Both the position numbers and the translations under genes were made by a program. This document shows, piece by piece, positions 13,003 through 26,535 of a stretch of DNA of 64,000 nucleotides (position 1 is its first letter; each line of letters begins with the position of its first letter). This DNA comes from Phyllosticta citribraziliensis (Eukaryota), in contig NW_027117346.1 in NCBI RefSeq assembly GCF_038025025.1, forward strand, positions 1,612,001-1,676,000. Direction: 5' to 3'. The notes beneath the pieces were generated by a model. The model ran no database searches. It had not been told where the DNA came from and saw nothing but the letters and a program-made list of their open reading frames with translations.

Positions 13003-16000
13003 ATGGCCCCGTCTCGTCGCGGAGGCAGACATGATAGCCTCCGCCGCCAAGTGAGCCAACTCTTCAACGCGTCTGCAGACAAAGCCGACGTGCCGCCTGT
13101 TCCACCCATCTCGCAATCGTTGCCTGCTACTCCAAGGCAAGAAGGAAAACCGCTTGAGCAGCAGCGGCAACAGCGGCGAAAAGGACAACCACCTGTCGCC
13201 AAAACTGAAGGCATATCACGAGGAGCTCGTAAGCGCGACAAGCTGGCCGACGAGCAACACGCGAGGCATCCCCCCACGAAGAGTCCTTCTGCGCCCACCA
13301 ATAGTCGCCCGACGCCGTCTACGTCCACTGCCCCAGCATTTCCCTCTAAAGCTGGCCACACCTCGCGCGACATGCCCCGACCTTCTCGTTCAAAGAAACA
13401 GCCTGACACTCCTGCCATTACGGGAACCCATCATTTCAAGCCAAAGGCAAAGATATTCCCCCAAGAACAAGATGACTCGGCTGCAGACGCCACTACGCGT
13501 CTTGCTATGCGCCAAGCGCTCGCAAACCTATCTGGCTTCGTCTATAAGCCGACTTATGAACATCACGATTTGAGGTCCAAGCCGCAATGCAGGTCGCCCC
13601 AGCTCTTGCCGAGTGATGCCAAGATGAAGGAGGAGGAAGAGAGGCAGAAGAGGATGAAATCTCCCGACGAAGCAATGGAGGCCTCTGAAGATGAGACGGA
13701 GCTCTCTGATGAGGAGATTGAACATCTGCTTCACGTTGCAAGGAGGATGAAGGAGGAAGATCAAGAGCAGAGGGTGCGAGATATCGAGGCTTCCAAGGAA
13801 AAGCTCAAACATTTGTTTGATGCGGAGAGTGATGATCCCGTATCGGTCGACGTGGCTGTTCCATCTATGCCTGGAGCAAGCCCGATGGAAGCGCGCAACA
13901 GTCGCCCACAGGTGGTCAAGAAGCGTGCCAAGCAGAAGGCAAAGAAGAAGAAGAAGAAGACCACAGCGTCAGAGAAAACGCCGGGCGTTGGTGTTGCAAG
14001 AGATGTCCCAGTCGTCATTGGTTGGCCTGGTAAGTTTGCCTTCCTCTACATCTCAAGAAGGATTACTAAAGCAGACCTCTACAGCTGGTGTCAAAATGCC
14101 CGATAAACTCAGGACTTCTTTCGGCCGCGATGAAGTCTTTTCGACTTCTCACGCCGTCAAGATTGCCCACCGTCCAAACACAATGGCGGACTTGCTTTCC
14201 GAAGGACACGAGCTCACGCTGCATGCCGAGGCCCCTGCGGCCACGACGTCTTCACCAACGTCCAGCACTTCCAAAGGCTCTACCGTCACGAGAATTCCCC
14301 GCCCCAAGGCGAACTCGGTCTTGTCTTCAGCAAGGTCTGCAGTCTCAGATGATACTGTATTGACAATGATTCCCCTTCATCGAAGACGCACCGATTCTTC
14401 TTCGATTACAGCGGCATCCAGAGCATCATCATCACCTCTGCTCTTCTTGGGCCCACCTATGCCCGAGGATTCTGACTCCGATAATGAAGACGCCCTGTCC
14501 ATTTCAACCATGGACGATGCTAAAAACACTGCTGAAGACGAAGCTGCCCCAGACGAGTTTACCAAGCTACTTGCTTCTGACCTCGTTCACCCTTGGCCCA
14601 ACTTGTGGGAAAAAGATCCGTCCGGGTGGTCCCAGGATACCCGCCGTGAGGATGAAGATGCCTATGATCAAGTCCGTCAGCTGCTCATAGATGTCTGGAT
14701 GGCACTTACTGGCCAGAAGAAGGCCACTCAGGAGGTGGCGGACGTCTTTGCATCCATGCTCCCAGACAATTCCGATTCTAATCCATCCTCCAAGCGATCG
14801 TCCAAGGACAGTGTAAAGAAGCGCTTCTCCAGAGACTCGTTCAAATTGAAGAGAATCAGCAGCTCAAGCGCCAAAGTCCCTGCTGTCGATGACCTCAAGA
14901 CTCTGAACCATCCCTACAATGATTCTCCATTGGGAAGTCTTGCTTTGAAGTCTCCCATGGATACCAGGCTTTCGTTCGGTAGTAACAAAAGTGTCATCGC
15001 GAGCTTTGATAAGCGTCACTCTGGAAACACCGACATTGAGAGCCTTCAGCCCAGCAATATCAGTCAAAGAAGCAGTGGTGGGCACGGCGGGATTTTCTCT
15101 CCCATCAACGCCATTTTCAAGCGCAAAGAAGGTAGTCAGCCGAACCTTGGCCAGCGGAACAGTTGCCCAGATTCGATTTTCTCGACAAGCCAGCCCGTTC
15201 TCGCTCGCAAGGAAAGCAATCTCTCCTTTGTCCGCAAAGTCAGCAGTGGCGACGAAACAATCACGGGTGAGAAATCTAGGGGCCCTCCGATGGGCAATCT
15301 ACATAGCCGCAAGCCTAACCTGACCATCCGCACTTCCAAGAGTAGCACGGAGCTGCGGTCTCCTGGCCTCGAGGGGGCGACGTCGGCTACAGAAACGGCT
15401 ACACCTACAAAGCGCAGCCGCTTCATGGGGTCTTTGGAAAACCTGTTTACGCCCAAGAAGTCTTCGAGCACGGCCAGGGGTTCTTTTGAAGCCGACGACT
15501 ACTTTGCTACCACGCCCTTCGACGCCCCGCCCGTGCCCAAGCTGCCCCCTGAGTATGCTCACAACGCATCTCAAATTTCGACTCCGTTGCCTTCCACGCC
15601 CAACGGTAGCTTTTTGAGCCACAAGACATCACGGGTTGCTACTCCAGTACCTCTTACTCCCGGATCAGCTCGATTCAAGCGAAGTATGTCGCAGCTTTCT
15701 ACGTGTACGACGGTGCCTCCTTCCCCTGGTAGCAGTCAATTGAACCGCAGCACATCGCAGCTCTCTACTGAAGTACCTCCTGCCCGCGGTAGTAGTCTCT
15801 TTCACCGAAGCACATCACAGCTGTCTACTATAGAGCCAACTACTCCTGGCAGCAGCTTTTTTGGCCGCAGCACACCAAATCTCGCAGGATCGATCCCTCC
15901 CACTCCTGGAAGCGTTCGCTCCAAGTCTAGGAGTTTCACTAGAATTTTCCGCAGCCTGGGCGGCAAGAAGAAAGAAGAGGAGGAGGAGGAGGAATACCAC

Positions 16001-17152
16001 GAGCCACTCACTCACGTCGACCCAGCCATCTTCGAAGAGCTGCTCGAGGAACTCATCGTCTCCTTCACCAACTGGCACAACTCCAACATGCCTACTTCGT
16101 TCCCTCTGACTGGCCTCGCCGTCCAAGCGGCCCGCGCTCTTGTCGCCTACACATCGACGATTCTCGAGTCCTTGCATGATTTTGACGACGACTGTGACAA
16201 CATTGATCACCAACACGCGCGCCTCATCTGGATTACCGAAAACCTTGACGTCCCGTTGAGTTCCTGTCCGTTTGAAAAGGCCCCAGAAATGTCGCCTGAG
16301 TACATAGCCGCCGGCCATTGCGATGTCTGGGCCATGAAGTTCCTCGCGTGGGCAGAGGAGCAGGACGAGTTGGTGCGCTACATCGAGCACGATGTCCCGG
16401 CAACTTTCTTCGACGACGACAACACCGAAAACATCGAGAAAGACAGCAGCAGGAAAACGACGACTGCCGACGGCAGCGGCAGCCCTCGTTCGCGCGCGGC
16501 GAATCGTCGCAAGGGCCTCGACGCGCCCGGCCGTTGCGAAACCCTCAAGCGCCGTCTCGACTGGTGCGAGATCGACTCCAGGCTGGCCACCCACCTCAAC
16601 TTCGACGGACCCCTCGAGCTGACGACGGCCGAGGTCGCCGAAGCAGGAGGCGAAGGCCGACCGCTCACCGCTGCGGCCGCCCGCAAGCGCTTCGAAGCCC
16701 TGGTGCACGAGGTCGGCAACGACGCGCGCTGGGCCGTGTGCGCGGAGCAGATTGCGCGGCTGGCGGGCTTGGTCGGCCGCGACGCGATTGCGGGCATGGA
16801 GGCCAAGCGCCTGGTCAAGGTGTGGGAGGAGCAGAACGAACAGGATCGAGTGGAGCGCAAGAAGATGGAGAAGAAGAGGCGCCAGGAGAAGGCCACGAAG
16901 ATGATGATGGTCGGCATGGGTAGGAGGGGCATGGGCGTGTCGCGCGCGGCTGGCGATTCGAACTTGAAGATCAAGAAGAGGGAGGACGTGGTTGTGGATG
17001 GCAAGGAGAAAGAAAGGAAGGATACGAAAGAGAAAGAGAAGAAGGACAAGGAGAGGGAGAGGGTGGAAAAGAAGGAGAAGGAGAGAGCGAAGAAAGAAAG
17101 GGAGAAGGCCAGGGGAAAAGGCAAGCACAAGATCCACATGCCTTGGAAGTAG
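13003..17152 (+). CDS. Large (~1360 aa) low-complexity protein of unknown function
   Basis: ORFs 12859-14106 and 13817-17152 join in frame through a canonical intron at 14030-14084 (GTAAGT...TACTAAA...ACAG). Ser/Pro-rich, with a Lys/Glu-rich C-terminus; no domain recognised. Confidence 0.7.
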
Positions 17153-17679
17153 GCGATGGACGGAGTGCTCTATCAACGGACGAAATGAGCGGTACGAATG
17201 GGTAGTCTGACAGTGCCAGGCATTCGTGTCGGCTGATGCGAGCAAAGGAGTTACTGTGGTTTGCTTGCTGGCTGTATTGAGCAACATGGCGAAACGGGAG
17301 ATAGAGCTCGCATCTGTGTTGGTTGCTTGGAACTTGGGTGGGTCAAACGGGCACAGTCAATCTGTTTTGATTTCAGCATCAACATGTGGGTTGCATGTGT
17401 GGTGTTTCCAGGTCGAACAGACAAATACAATTGCCTTGAATCAATCAGTTTTCCTGAGTAGCCTACACATGTGTCAGCCACCGTAAGTCTCCATCTGCCT
17501 GCGCGCCTTGCAAAGAAGCAAATAGAACGTAACACAGTCCTGATAAATATCCCTTAAAGTACGTATCCACGTCAACGCCTAAGCCGTAGCTCGCAATGCA
17601 ACACTCGCTTCATTTTTCATTCATCACTCCAGATCTTGCCGAAAAACTCGTCCCCTGCCTTCCTGGGCTTTTCATGCAG

Positions 17680-18967
17680 CTATTTGGCCTTGACAGCCGC
17701 AAGCTCTGCGCCATTTCTGACCACGCCGACAACGGCACCCGTCTGCACCGTCTCATTGCCGCCGCCGCTCAGCCTATACTCGACCTCACTCAGACCCTCC
17801 AGCCACATGACGCGCGTTTGGGGTGGGACATCAAGCTGTGCAAGACGCTCGCTCAGTGCCGACAGGATGTCTGCCAACGCGAGGCCCTTGTTGGCCTTGA
17901 GCTGGTTGATGGACTGCAGGCAGCTGCGGACATTGCGCGTCTCGAGCAGGGTGCGCATGATGAAATCGATGTCCTGGGGATGCGGCGCAGCGATGCAGTC
18001 GTAAATGGTAGCCTCGGTGATGGTATCGCGAGGCGGGGGCATCCAGTCTGCGGCTTTGATGCCGGGGGCGCGAAGCGGCGTGCTGCTTGCATGGCAGGCC
18101 TGCAGCACGTTGAGAGCGCGGCGCATGTCGCCCTTGCTCAGCGTGACGAGGCTGTCGACGGCGTCGGGCGTGATCTGCACCTCCTCCTTCTCGACGACTT
18201 CGTCGACGAGCCGCCGGATGTCGTCTTCCTTGAGCGGCGAGAAGCGGAACCGAGTGCAACGCGACAGCAGCGCTGGCGACAGCTTGTGCGTGTAGTTGGC
18301 GATGATGCAGAAGCGCGTGTTGGCCGTGTACTTCTCCATGATTCGCCGCAACGCCATTTGCGCGGCCGACGTCATGGCGTCGGCTTCGTCGAGGATGATG
18401 AGCTTGAAGGATGCCAGGGCGGAGCCGCCCGACGAGGGTGCTGTGCTGAAGATTTGACGTGTGCTGGAGAAGGTCTTGATTTGTTCCCTGGATGAAGTCA
18501 GTACACGGATTGAAAGCAGATAACGAGTCGATTGCTTACCGCACAACGTCAATGCCGCGGTCATCGCTAGCATTGAGCTCCAGCACCATCTGTCTCATGT
18601 TCTTGTTCCCATATATGCGTCGTGCCAGCGCAAGCACGGTAGATGTCTTTCCCGTACCTGGCGGTCCATAGAGCAGGAGATGCGGCAGTCGGTTCGATTC
18701 GACGAACTTGTTGATGGTTGCGAGAATGTCCTGGTGGCCGGAGACGTCGTCGAGAGTATCGGGGCGGTATTTTTCTACCCTGGAAAGGATTAGACTACTG
18801 GCTGAACAGGTGATGAGGGACACTTACCATGGCAGAGTGTCTTCGGCTTCGACGGGCAGATTGGCGGCGGTCCTCTTGCCTTTGGAGCTGGCGTTTGCAG
18901 AGCTGAATTCGATGCCGCTCGTCGAGGGCTTGTCGACATCCATCTCGTCGTCTTCGTAGTCTGACAT
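17680..18967 (-). CDS. RFC3: Replication factor C small subunit (yeast Rfc3 / human RFC5 type)
   Basis: [23 protein letters not shown] (Walker A), [25 protein letters not shown] (Walker B) and SRCTRFRF. Two introns. Confidence 0.92.
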
Positions 18968-19222
18968 GTTGACGAGTTGCAGGGGAGTTGAGGCGAATTG
19001 GGCGAAAAGGGCAGCAGAGGATGTGGAGTGAAGATGCAGACGCGTGGTGGGGAGACGCGACGGGCGGGAGGACAAGCGCGTAAATTGGTGCAAACAGGAC
19101 AAACCCGTCTCAGCCCTACAGAACCGCTCGCTTGCCTGGCGACGTCGCTGACCTCACTCCCGTGTTGCTCCATCTCCCCAGAGACACCCCGTGCTTCGTC
19201 ACTCCCTTCCAACATCGCCAAC

Positions 19223-20070
19223 ATGCCTGTAAGTCTTGCTCTTGGATGTTTGCAAGTCACAGCTGACCCATGCCCCAGGCCTACCACTCCGTCTTTCTCG
19301 ATGAGCCCAACCAGCACATAATAGGTACGCCGCACTCCCCGGAAGCTCCCCGCAGGCACCATCGAGCTCCAGAGTCCGCCTCTGCCCTCCACCCTCTACC
19401 GCCGAATACAATCCCCGCTTTCGAGCTTCATTTGACATGGACCAGGCAACTTTGCCTTGCTGCCGCTCCGCACGCGCACTCGTGGCCCTGCTATGCAGCT
19501 GCCCCCTCTCCCGGCCGACGTCACCGAGCTCACCGTTGATGCCTCGCACGAATCGTACGACCCCGTCGACGAGATCATCGCCCTCTTCCGCGCCAACACC
19601 TTCTTCCGCAACTTTGAGATCAAGGGCCCGGCCGACCGCGTCCTGATTTATGGCATTCTGTTTGTGAGCGAGGCGTTGGGCAAGATCAAGCCGGGCACGA
19701 CCAGGAGGGATGCTGAGAAGGTGCGTTGTGACCTCCTCCTAAATTTCCAGTGGACATGTTGCGTGGGACAATTAAAGGAGTGACTCTGCCGAGTGGGAAA
19801 GCAATGGCTGACAGACGAGTCAACCAGGCGGTCCTGAACTTGGCCCTCGACAACAACTTTGCTATCCCCGGAGACGCCAGTTTCCCACTCAACCAGGCCT
19901 TTGAGCCGCCCGCCACCCGGCAAGACGCCGAAGTCCTTCGCCAGTACATTTCGCAGGTCCGTCAGGAGATTGCCGTGCGGTTGCTGAATCGGGTGTATGG
20001 CGAGGAGGCTACCCCCAGCAAGTTCTGGCTCAGCTTCACAAAGAGGAAGTTCATGAACAAGGCCTTGTAG
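19223..20070 (+). CDS. ARC18: Arp2/3 complex subunit ARPC3 (p21/Arc18)
   Basis: MP-AYHSVFL, LPLRTRTRGPA, FRANTFFRNFEIKGPADRVLIY, FAIPGDASFPLN and SKFWLSFTKRKFMNK. Three introns. Confidence 0.93.
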
Positions 20071-20646
20071 GTTGGTAGCTCTGGCAATGGGACTTCTCCA
20101 GCAATTTGATACCATGGTGCGGTAAGCAGCAGGAGAATGCATTGGAGGGCGTGCTCGTCTACCAAAAGCAGTCCTGGTCTTTCTATTACAATTTCAATAT
20201 CAAGCCTTTCGAGACTTCAAAGACGATTGTTTGCTAGCTCCTGGTTGATTCCCCGACTATCCCCCTCTTATCTAATTCCTCTTTCCTTCTCCAACGTTAT
20301 GGCATTACCTTCCTAAAGGGGCTTCTTCAAATCCCCATACTGCAAACAAAACAGTTCTCAGAAACATTTCCTTGTCGAGTCTTTACACGTGGTTATATAT
20401 CTTTTCAGATGCTAATCACGAGAATTCTCCCGCGAGTCGATGTGAAAGGCCGGTTGTCCCGATCCTGTGCCAAAACCGGCCGGCCGCATGATCTGGAAAC
20501 CAACTGGAAGCAGGCACGTCACGCACGGACCGCAGAGTGTATTTATCCTATTCTTGAGATCTACTCTCTTCATCCCTCTTCACCATCGACTCGATTGATG
20601 CTGCTTGGTTGTTCAGCTTGATCTTGGATTCACGAAGCTCCGAACA

Positions 20647-22279
20647 ATGAACCCGTTCAAGTTTGACCCGGTAAGTGACTTGAAGCTCACCAAACTTCAA
20701 TAGATATCAACATCTGACATTGAATAGGCTTGGGTCCACTACCTGGCTCTGCAAAATGTGGAGGACTCCAACATCCCCTTCTACACGATTCAGGTGTGGA
20801 ACATGGCCTGCTTTGGCAAGCTCGCCGCCATCGCCGACAGAGCATATCACCATACGGTCACGAGCTATCCCGGTCCTCAAGATAGCAAGGTTACGCCGCA
20901 GGTAGAGCACGTCCAACTCTTTCCGCGCTTGAATGATCACGCCACATGGCCAGAAAAGAGATTCGTAGCCTGGCAAGTCGCCTTGACGGGTGCCGACTAC
21001 GCCTACTTTGCGGCCGCTTGTGAGCAGGAGTTCAAGGCATACGGCACAAGACACCTCGCCGCGCAAGTCGTTGGCTTTGGTTCCAACCCCAAGCAGTCGC
21101 ATGCCCTCGACGACGACGACATCAGACGCGCCCGGTTCCTGACCTACCCGGTTGAGGACTTGAAAAACCTGGGCCCCGGGGAGATACCAACATGCCGCCG
21201 TTGCTTGTCGAACGACGGACACATGAGCGGGTGCAGGGCAGACATCTGCACCACCTGCTTCCGCCACCAAGATGAGCACACGTCATTTCCAGTCTGCTTG
21301 TTTTCCAAGGGATGGTTTCGGTGGTCCGACGGCGCCATCATCCCACTCGTCAAACCAACCACCATCGACTTGCAAGAAATTCGATCTTCTGTTGTCAAAC
21401 CTCGCGTCTTGCACCCTCGCGAATTCCCTGAATTTAGTTCGCAATTTTTCTCTTCCACCCTTTCCCGAGATGACTGGGCCTCTCTCGTTGGTCCTGGTGC
21501 TCGCGGCCTTGCTCAAGGTATGTTCAACGAAAACAATCATGGCTGTTGCTAATGATCTGAAAGGCCCACCAAAGGAAGCCTGCTTAAAGAGGCTCAGCGA
21601 CGAGTTTAGTTTCCAGAAGCGGCTAGACCGCGGCGTCAACTACCTTAAGTCGAGAATGGTCGAGAACAATATCAACCATGTCATGTTGGCGAAAGCCTGT
21701 GCGCACCACAACATGTCACCATATGGCGGCGCGCTCTACGCCGTCGAGGCTGCCGACGGACCTGCCGACATTGAGAGAAAGCAGGTGCAGGCCATGGATG
21801 ACCTGCTCAGCGGTCGGCTGCTGCCTCCCCGCGGCAGCGGCGTAGGCACGCCTACGGCGCAGGATGTTGGCAGCGTCAGCCCCCTATTCCCGGCGCGCGT
21901 CGACAGCCTGACCGCGTCGTCGGAGGACGGCGGGGTCTCCTTGCCGGCGAAGGAGAGGGAGCAGGAGGAGGATGTGGAGATGGGGGAAGAGGAGGAGAAC
22001 GAGAAGGAGGAGGAAGAGGAGAACGACCACGACGAGGACGATGACGACTCCGGCGGCGTGCGTCTCCGGGCCCCGGGTGGTCAACCCACTTGGGCCACCA
22101 AGAGCATCCCAGCTTTTGGTGGCTGCAGTGGTGTTGGCGCGCTCGAAGGCTCCGAGCGCTGCGTCGTCGGTGGAGGCGTGGGTGTGGAGAGTGGGGAGAG
22201 TGAGGAGGAAGACGAGGAGAGTGGTGGTGTGCTGCTGCCGGAGCCTGATGACTCCTCGGACGAGGACTATGTGGAGTGA
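20647..22279 (+). CDS. Hypothetical protein with tandem CCHC-like Zn knuckles and an acidic tail
   Basis: ATG at 20647. Introns 20671-20727 and 21518-21563 have canonical signals and join ORFs 20758-21552 and 21272-22279 in frame. Motif CRRCLSNDGHMSGC-RADI-CTTCFRHQDEHTSFPVC. Confidence 0.65.
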
Positions 22280-22797
22280 GGGGGGGGCGTGGGTAGAGCA
22301 TTGGTGGTGATGGTGGTAGGGTCACGCGGGGGGAGCGTTCGTGGGCGTGGGCATGGGCGGCGTATTGGTGTTTTGATACCCAGGGGCATGGCACAGCACA
22401 GCATAGCATGGCATCAGGTTGAGCAATGGGAGGGAAAGCTTCTTCTTCAGGTTCGTAGCTAGATGGTATAAAACTTTTCAAGCAAGGGGAAACTCCGGAG
22501 AAATGAGCAGCTATCTGTGGGAACATGGAGGTGAAAGACGAGCAACGGCAAGGTTCTCGAGCCATGAAATCAGCAGATGGGATGGAGGTTTGCAGGTCAG
22601 GCCGTGAAAGCAAAGAAGCAAGTAAATTGGTGGGTTTGAAGCAACAACATCGCAGCCTTTCCTCCCTTTTCCTCTGCAACAGCACAGCCCCCATGGACCA
22701 GCAAACGCGTGGGCGCGCATGAAGAAATCAACCCGTCGTTTGCATAAACGCGCAAACGCGGGGGCGGATGGACGGGACGGCAGCACCCACTACCCAG

Positions 22798-25491
22798 CTA
22801 ACGGTAGCGCAAGCGCACCCTCTTAGCCGCAGGGTCTAGCAAGCTATCGTGGACCACTTTGACCGACTCGACCAACTGCTGCTGCTGCGCCTCGTCGAGA
22901 TCGTCATCCATGTCGATGATGGCGCCGTTGTCGTCATCGTCAAAGTCGAACGAGCGCTGCCGCTTGTTTGACGAAGCAGATGCTGCCTCCGCGCCGTCGT
23001 TGGTTTGGGGGTCGTGCTGAAAGGCAAAGGCGAAGCCATTGTCGTTGCGTGGGGGCGCGAGGTAACGCGGTGGTGGGACGACTGAGACAAGCTGTTGCAA
23101 CTGCGGCGGCGGATCTTTGAGGGTCTTTTGGGGCGCAGAGGTCGGTTCGCTGTCGAGCATGTAAGAAGGCGGTGGAAGGAACGGAGCCGAGTCTTCCAAG
23201 GAGACAGGGAAGCGCGCAGTGGAGGTACTGAGCGGCGGGCGCATGGAGTGCTCAACATTTGTTGAGTCCTGTGTGGTAGCCGTGTTGAAACTGGGGAACG
23301 ACGGGGAGACGCGCGTGCTGAATTGGGTAGGTCCTCGCGTGAGGTTAGCATCTGGATCTGGATGGGCCTGGGCGTCGGCGAGACGATCCGGTGAAGCTTG
23401 GGTGCCGGATCCATCGAGATCGTCCTGTGTCACAGAATCGGCATCATATGATGGTTTCAGGATCTTGTTTGCAGCGTGCGTGGGCGAGGCCTCTTCTTGG
23501 ATAGTGCTCAGCCCTCCTTTTCGGGATCCCTGTGTAAAGTCAACGCTTTTGGACACTGGCGGAGAAGCGATGCGTGACGTGGAGAAGAACTGTGACCGGC
23601 GAAGCTCCATCTTTGGCCGTGGCGACTCAATGTACTCCATGATCCTGAAAGTCTTTTGACGTGGCTTCCAGTCTTTGATCGAGTGCTGGTACAAAGTCTC
23701 GTGGTCCTCTGCATGCGCCTTGTTGGTGAACCATGGATGGGCAAGTGCGTCTTTGACAGTCATTCTCGCGTTTTCATCAAGCACCAGGACCTTTTTGATG
23801 AAGTCTTTGGCGCGAGATCCAACCTGCTCCCAATTCGGATGTTCATCGAGAACCGCAAGATTTACGTTTCTGGCCATGTCCAGAATCACTCGATGGGGGC
23901 ATCGTTCAAACTCCGGGTGAGTACGGTCAACGTAAAAGACGTCCCCGCTGATGATTGCGCTGGCGATACATCCAATTGACCACATGTCGATGGCCTTGCC
24001 CCAGTATCCTTTCCCTGGGCTCATCCTGTCGGTTGTGCTCACTTCACTGTCCAGCGTCAGACCGCTAATATAGAAATTCAAAGATTTCACACGTACGGAG
24101 CGGCGAACTCTGCGGTTCCAACCATGGAAAACAGTCTCTGTCTAGAGATTTTGGCATTCTGGTCCGTTGCTGGTCCATTGCAAATCTTCCTCGCACTGCC
24201 GAAATCGGTCAGAATCACGCGATAGCGACCTTTTGTAGACGTCAGAAGTATATTGTCAGGCTTGATGTCGCGATGAACGATGTCCTGATCATGGAGGTAC
24301 TCGAGTCCCTTCAAGACTTGTCGCAGGATGACCGCTGCTTCAACGGTCGGTATACCAAAGTCGCCTCTTTTTGTGATGTAGGAAAAGAGGTCACCGCCAG
24401 TAATCAGCTCCTGGAAAATGTAGCTGTGGACGCATTAGAATGGCTCGTATATCAGCGTTAGTGACAACTTACATGCCGTTGATGCTGAAAAAGACCTTTT
24501 CAAGCCGAACAATGTTTGGCTGCGTGCTGTCAGCCACAGAGAAAGAATGCGGAGGCGCTGGACAAACATGATCAAGCTCCTTGAGCACTCGACATTCTCG
24601 AAAAAGTCCCTCCAGACAGGCGCTTTTGGTCTTGGCTTGGGCGCCATTTGCTCTGGATTGAGAGGCCGAAGGGGGCGCAAGGGGTGCCCTTCCGCCTTCC
24701 AATTCGAGATCTGTCAAATCAATTACTTTGCAAGCTTGCTGCTGTTGAGTCCTTCGATGTATCGCAACATAGACGCTGCCATGACCACCGGAGCCGAGAC
24801 TCCGATTCGTTACATGATACCTATCCTTGATCGTCTTGGCTGCTTAGTATGAGACAAAGATTTCCTTAGAGTTAGTTCACCTTGCTGTCATGTGCATGGA
24901 TTGGAGACGGCTTGTCGCGCTGGCCTTGAAATCTTTTGAGGATATGGTCTGAGACGTGATAGCGAAGAACGATCCGCGGCGCTGGCCAAAGCTCGTCGCC
25001 GTGCTCGAGCAGGGTTGAATTTATTTTCCGGCCCATCAAAATGCCGCGGACGTCGTCATGTGGACAGTCTTTTCTGTTGATCCTCTGCAAGAAGGTACCG
25101 TTTGAGGAAATGTCTTGGGCGTAGACCAAAGGAGCAATGCTCTCGTCATACAGCACGGTGTGAATTTTGACATGTCGCTTGGAGATGGTGGCGCTGACGC
25201 CAGGAGATTCTGAAAGATTGCATTTCCTGTGGAGTTGTTTAATCAAGGTCAAATCACACAGTGGATCACGGTACCCGTTGGTGGAGCATCTGCCTAGATG
25301 AAAATCTTCATTGGCGTGAATTGGTATGGAGGTAAAGGGAACTGAAGCAAATGAGCGCGAGCAGAGAGGCCAAGACTTTGACGCCTGGACAAACGTGAGT
25401 CTCTGCTGTCGTAGTCATATTCTGCGTCACGAAATTCCAAGGAGCCGATGGGACGTGCCGGTTCCTGGGGGGGCGCGTGGTGCAAGCCCAT
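22798..25491 (-). CDS. FHA-domain Ser/Thr kinase of the Chk2/Rad53 family, most like meiotic Mek1
   Basis: FHA elements LGR, ISKRH and DISSNGTF; kinase motifs LGSGGHGSV, ACK, HRDIKPDN, DFG, GTAEFAAP and DMWSIG. Multiple short introns. Confidence 0.8.
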
Positions 25492-25869
25492 GGTGAATGA
25501 GATGGTGTTGCAGTAAGGTGGACTGGAGAAATAGACGACTCGGCGTAATTGGCTGGAGGGGAGAGGTCGAGCAGCTGTGTGCGTCAGGCCTACGTCGCCG
25601 GGCTAGCGCGGCTGAGTCATCACGCTAACCGGATTGGAGCTAGACTCGCTTAAGCAACACACAAGTAAGTTGCGGAGCTGCGCGCAACCATCTTCTTTCC
25701 TCACCAACCTTCCTCATCTCGACAACCAGGTACGTTGCTCCCAAGGGCTTCTGCTCGTCGGAGCTTGTGTCTTGCAAGGCTCTGCTGCTTGCTCGCTGCA
25801 ATTCCCTCGACAATGCCCGTTCTTTCATCGCCGCAAGCTAATTCTCCCCAGTTCTTCTAGTTATCGAAG

Positions 25870-26003
25870 ATGAGAGCGAAGTGGAGGAAGAAGCGCGTTC
25901 GTCGCCTCAAGCGTAAGCGCAGAAAGATGCGTGCCCGCAGGTAAGCTTACCACCAATGGATTGCAGCCTCGACGCTCTCGCTCACAAATTTTCCAGCAAA
26001 TAA
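25870..26003 (+). CDS. RPL41: 60S ribosomal protein eL41 (25 aa)
   Basis: MRAKWRKKRVRRLKRKRRKMRARSK, with an intron at 25941-25996 in the penultimate codon and a probable 5'-UTR intron at ~25730-25851. Too short for the ORF track. Confidence 0.95.
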
Positions 26004-26535
26004 ACGTCTCGTCCCCTCGACACTGTCAACCCCACATCCTACACCGGCGACGTCTTGACGACATAGCGGCTACTCCAAAAATCACACGCTTTTCTCCATG
26101 AGCTTTCGACGCTCCCGGCATTACGTCATCCTTCGACAATCACGGCACGATCTGCCCTGGCGCTCAATGCCACGCGGGTGATGGTGGAGGATTATGGGGC
26201 AACCTGGTTGAAATCTTCGAGGAAAACCGGCGTTTGCTGTTCGGCAGACTCACTCTTACACCGGCCATTCAGCCTTTGAGACCCGTCTAGCCTTTTGCCG
26301 ATTAGGAACGAATACATGACCTGATCCGCACCACGCTCCCGATGCTCCCTCGTGAAGACTACTCGTGACCTACTGCCACTTCCGGAACATTGTCACGCCC
26401 AGCTCAAACTACCATTTTGATTTGGGCCCTCAATTAAATTTTCGTTCCAAGAGCGACACGGTGCGACAAATTGACTTGGCGGTCGCTTTACCGACGCCCG
26501 GCCAGGTCTCATTCCGCACCGACAATGCCTTCTAC

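Noticed and set aside
15815..17287. Long antisense ORFs (also 10856-11773, 17596-18495, 31445-32440, 36376-37305, 55352-56533)
   Set aside because: Shadow frames of GC3-rich genes on the opposite strand, with no recognisable motifs.
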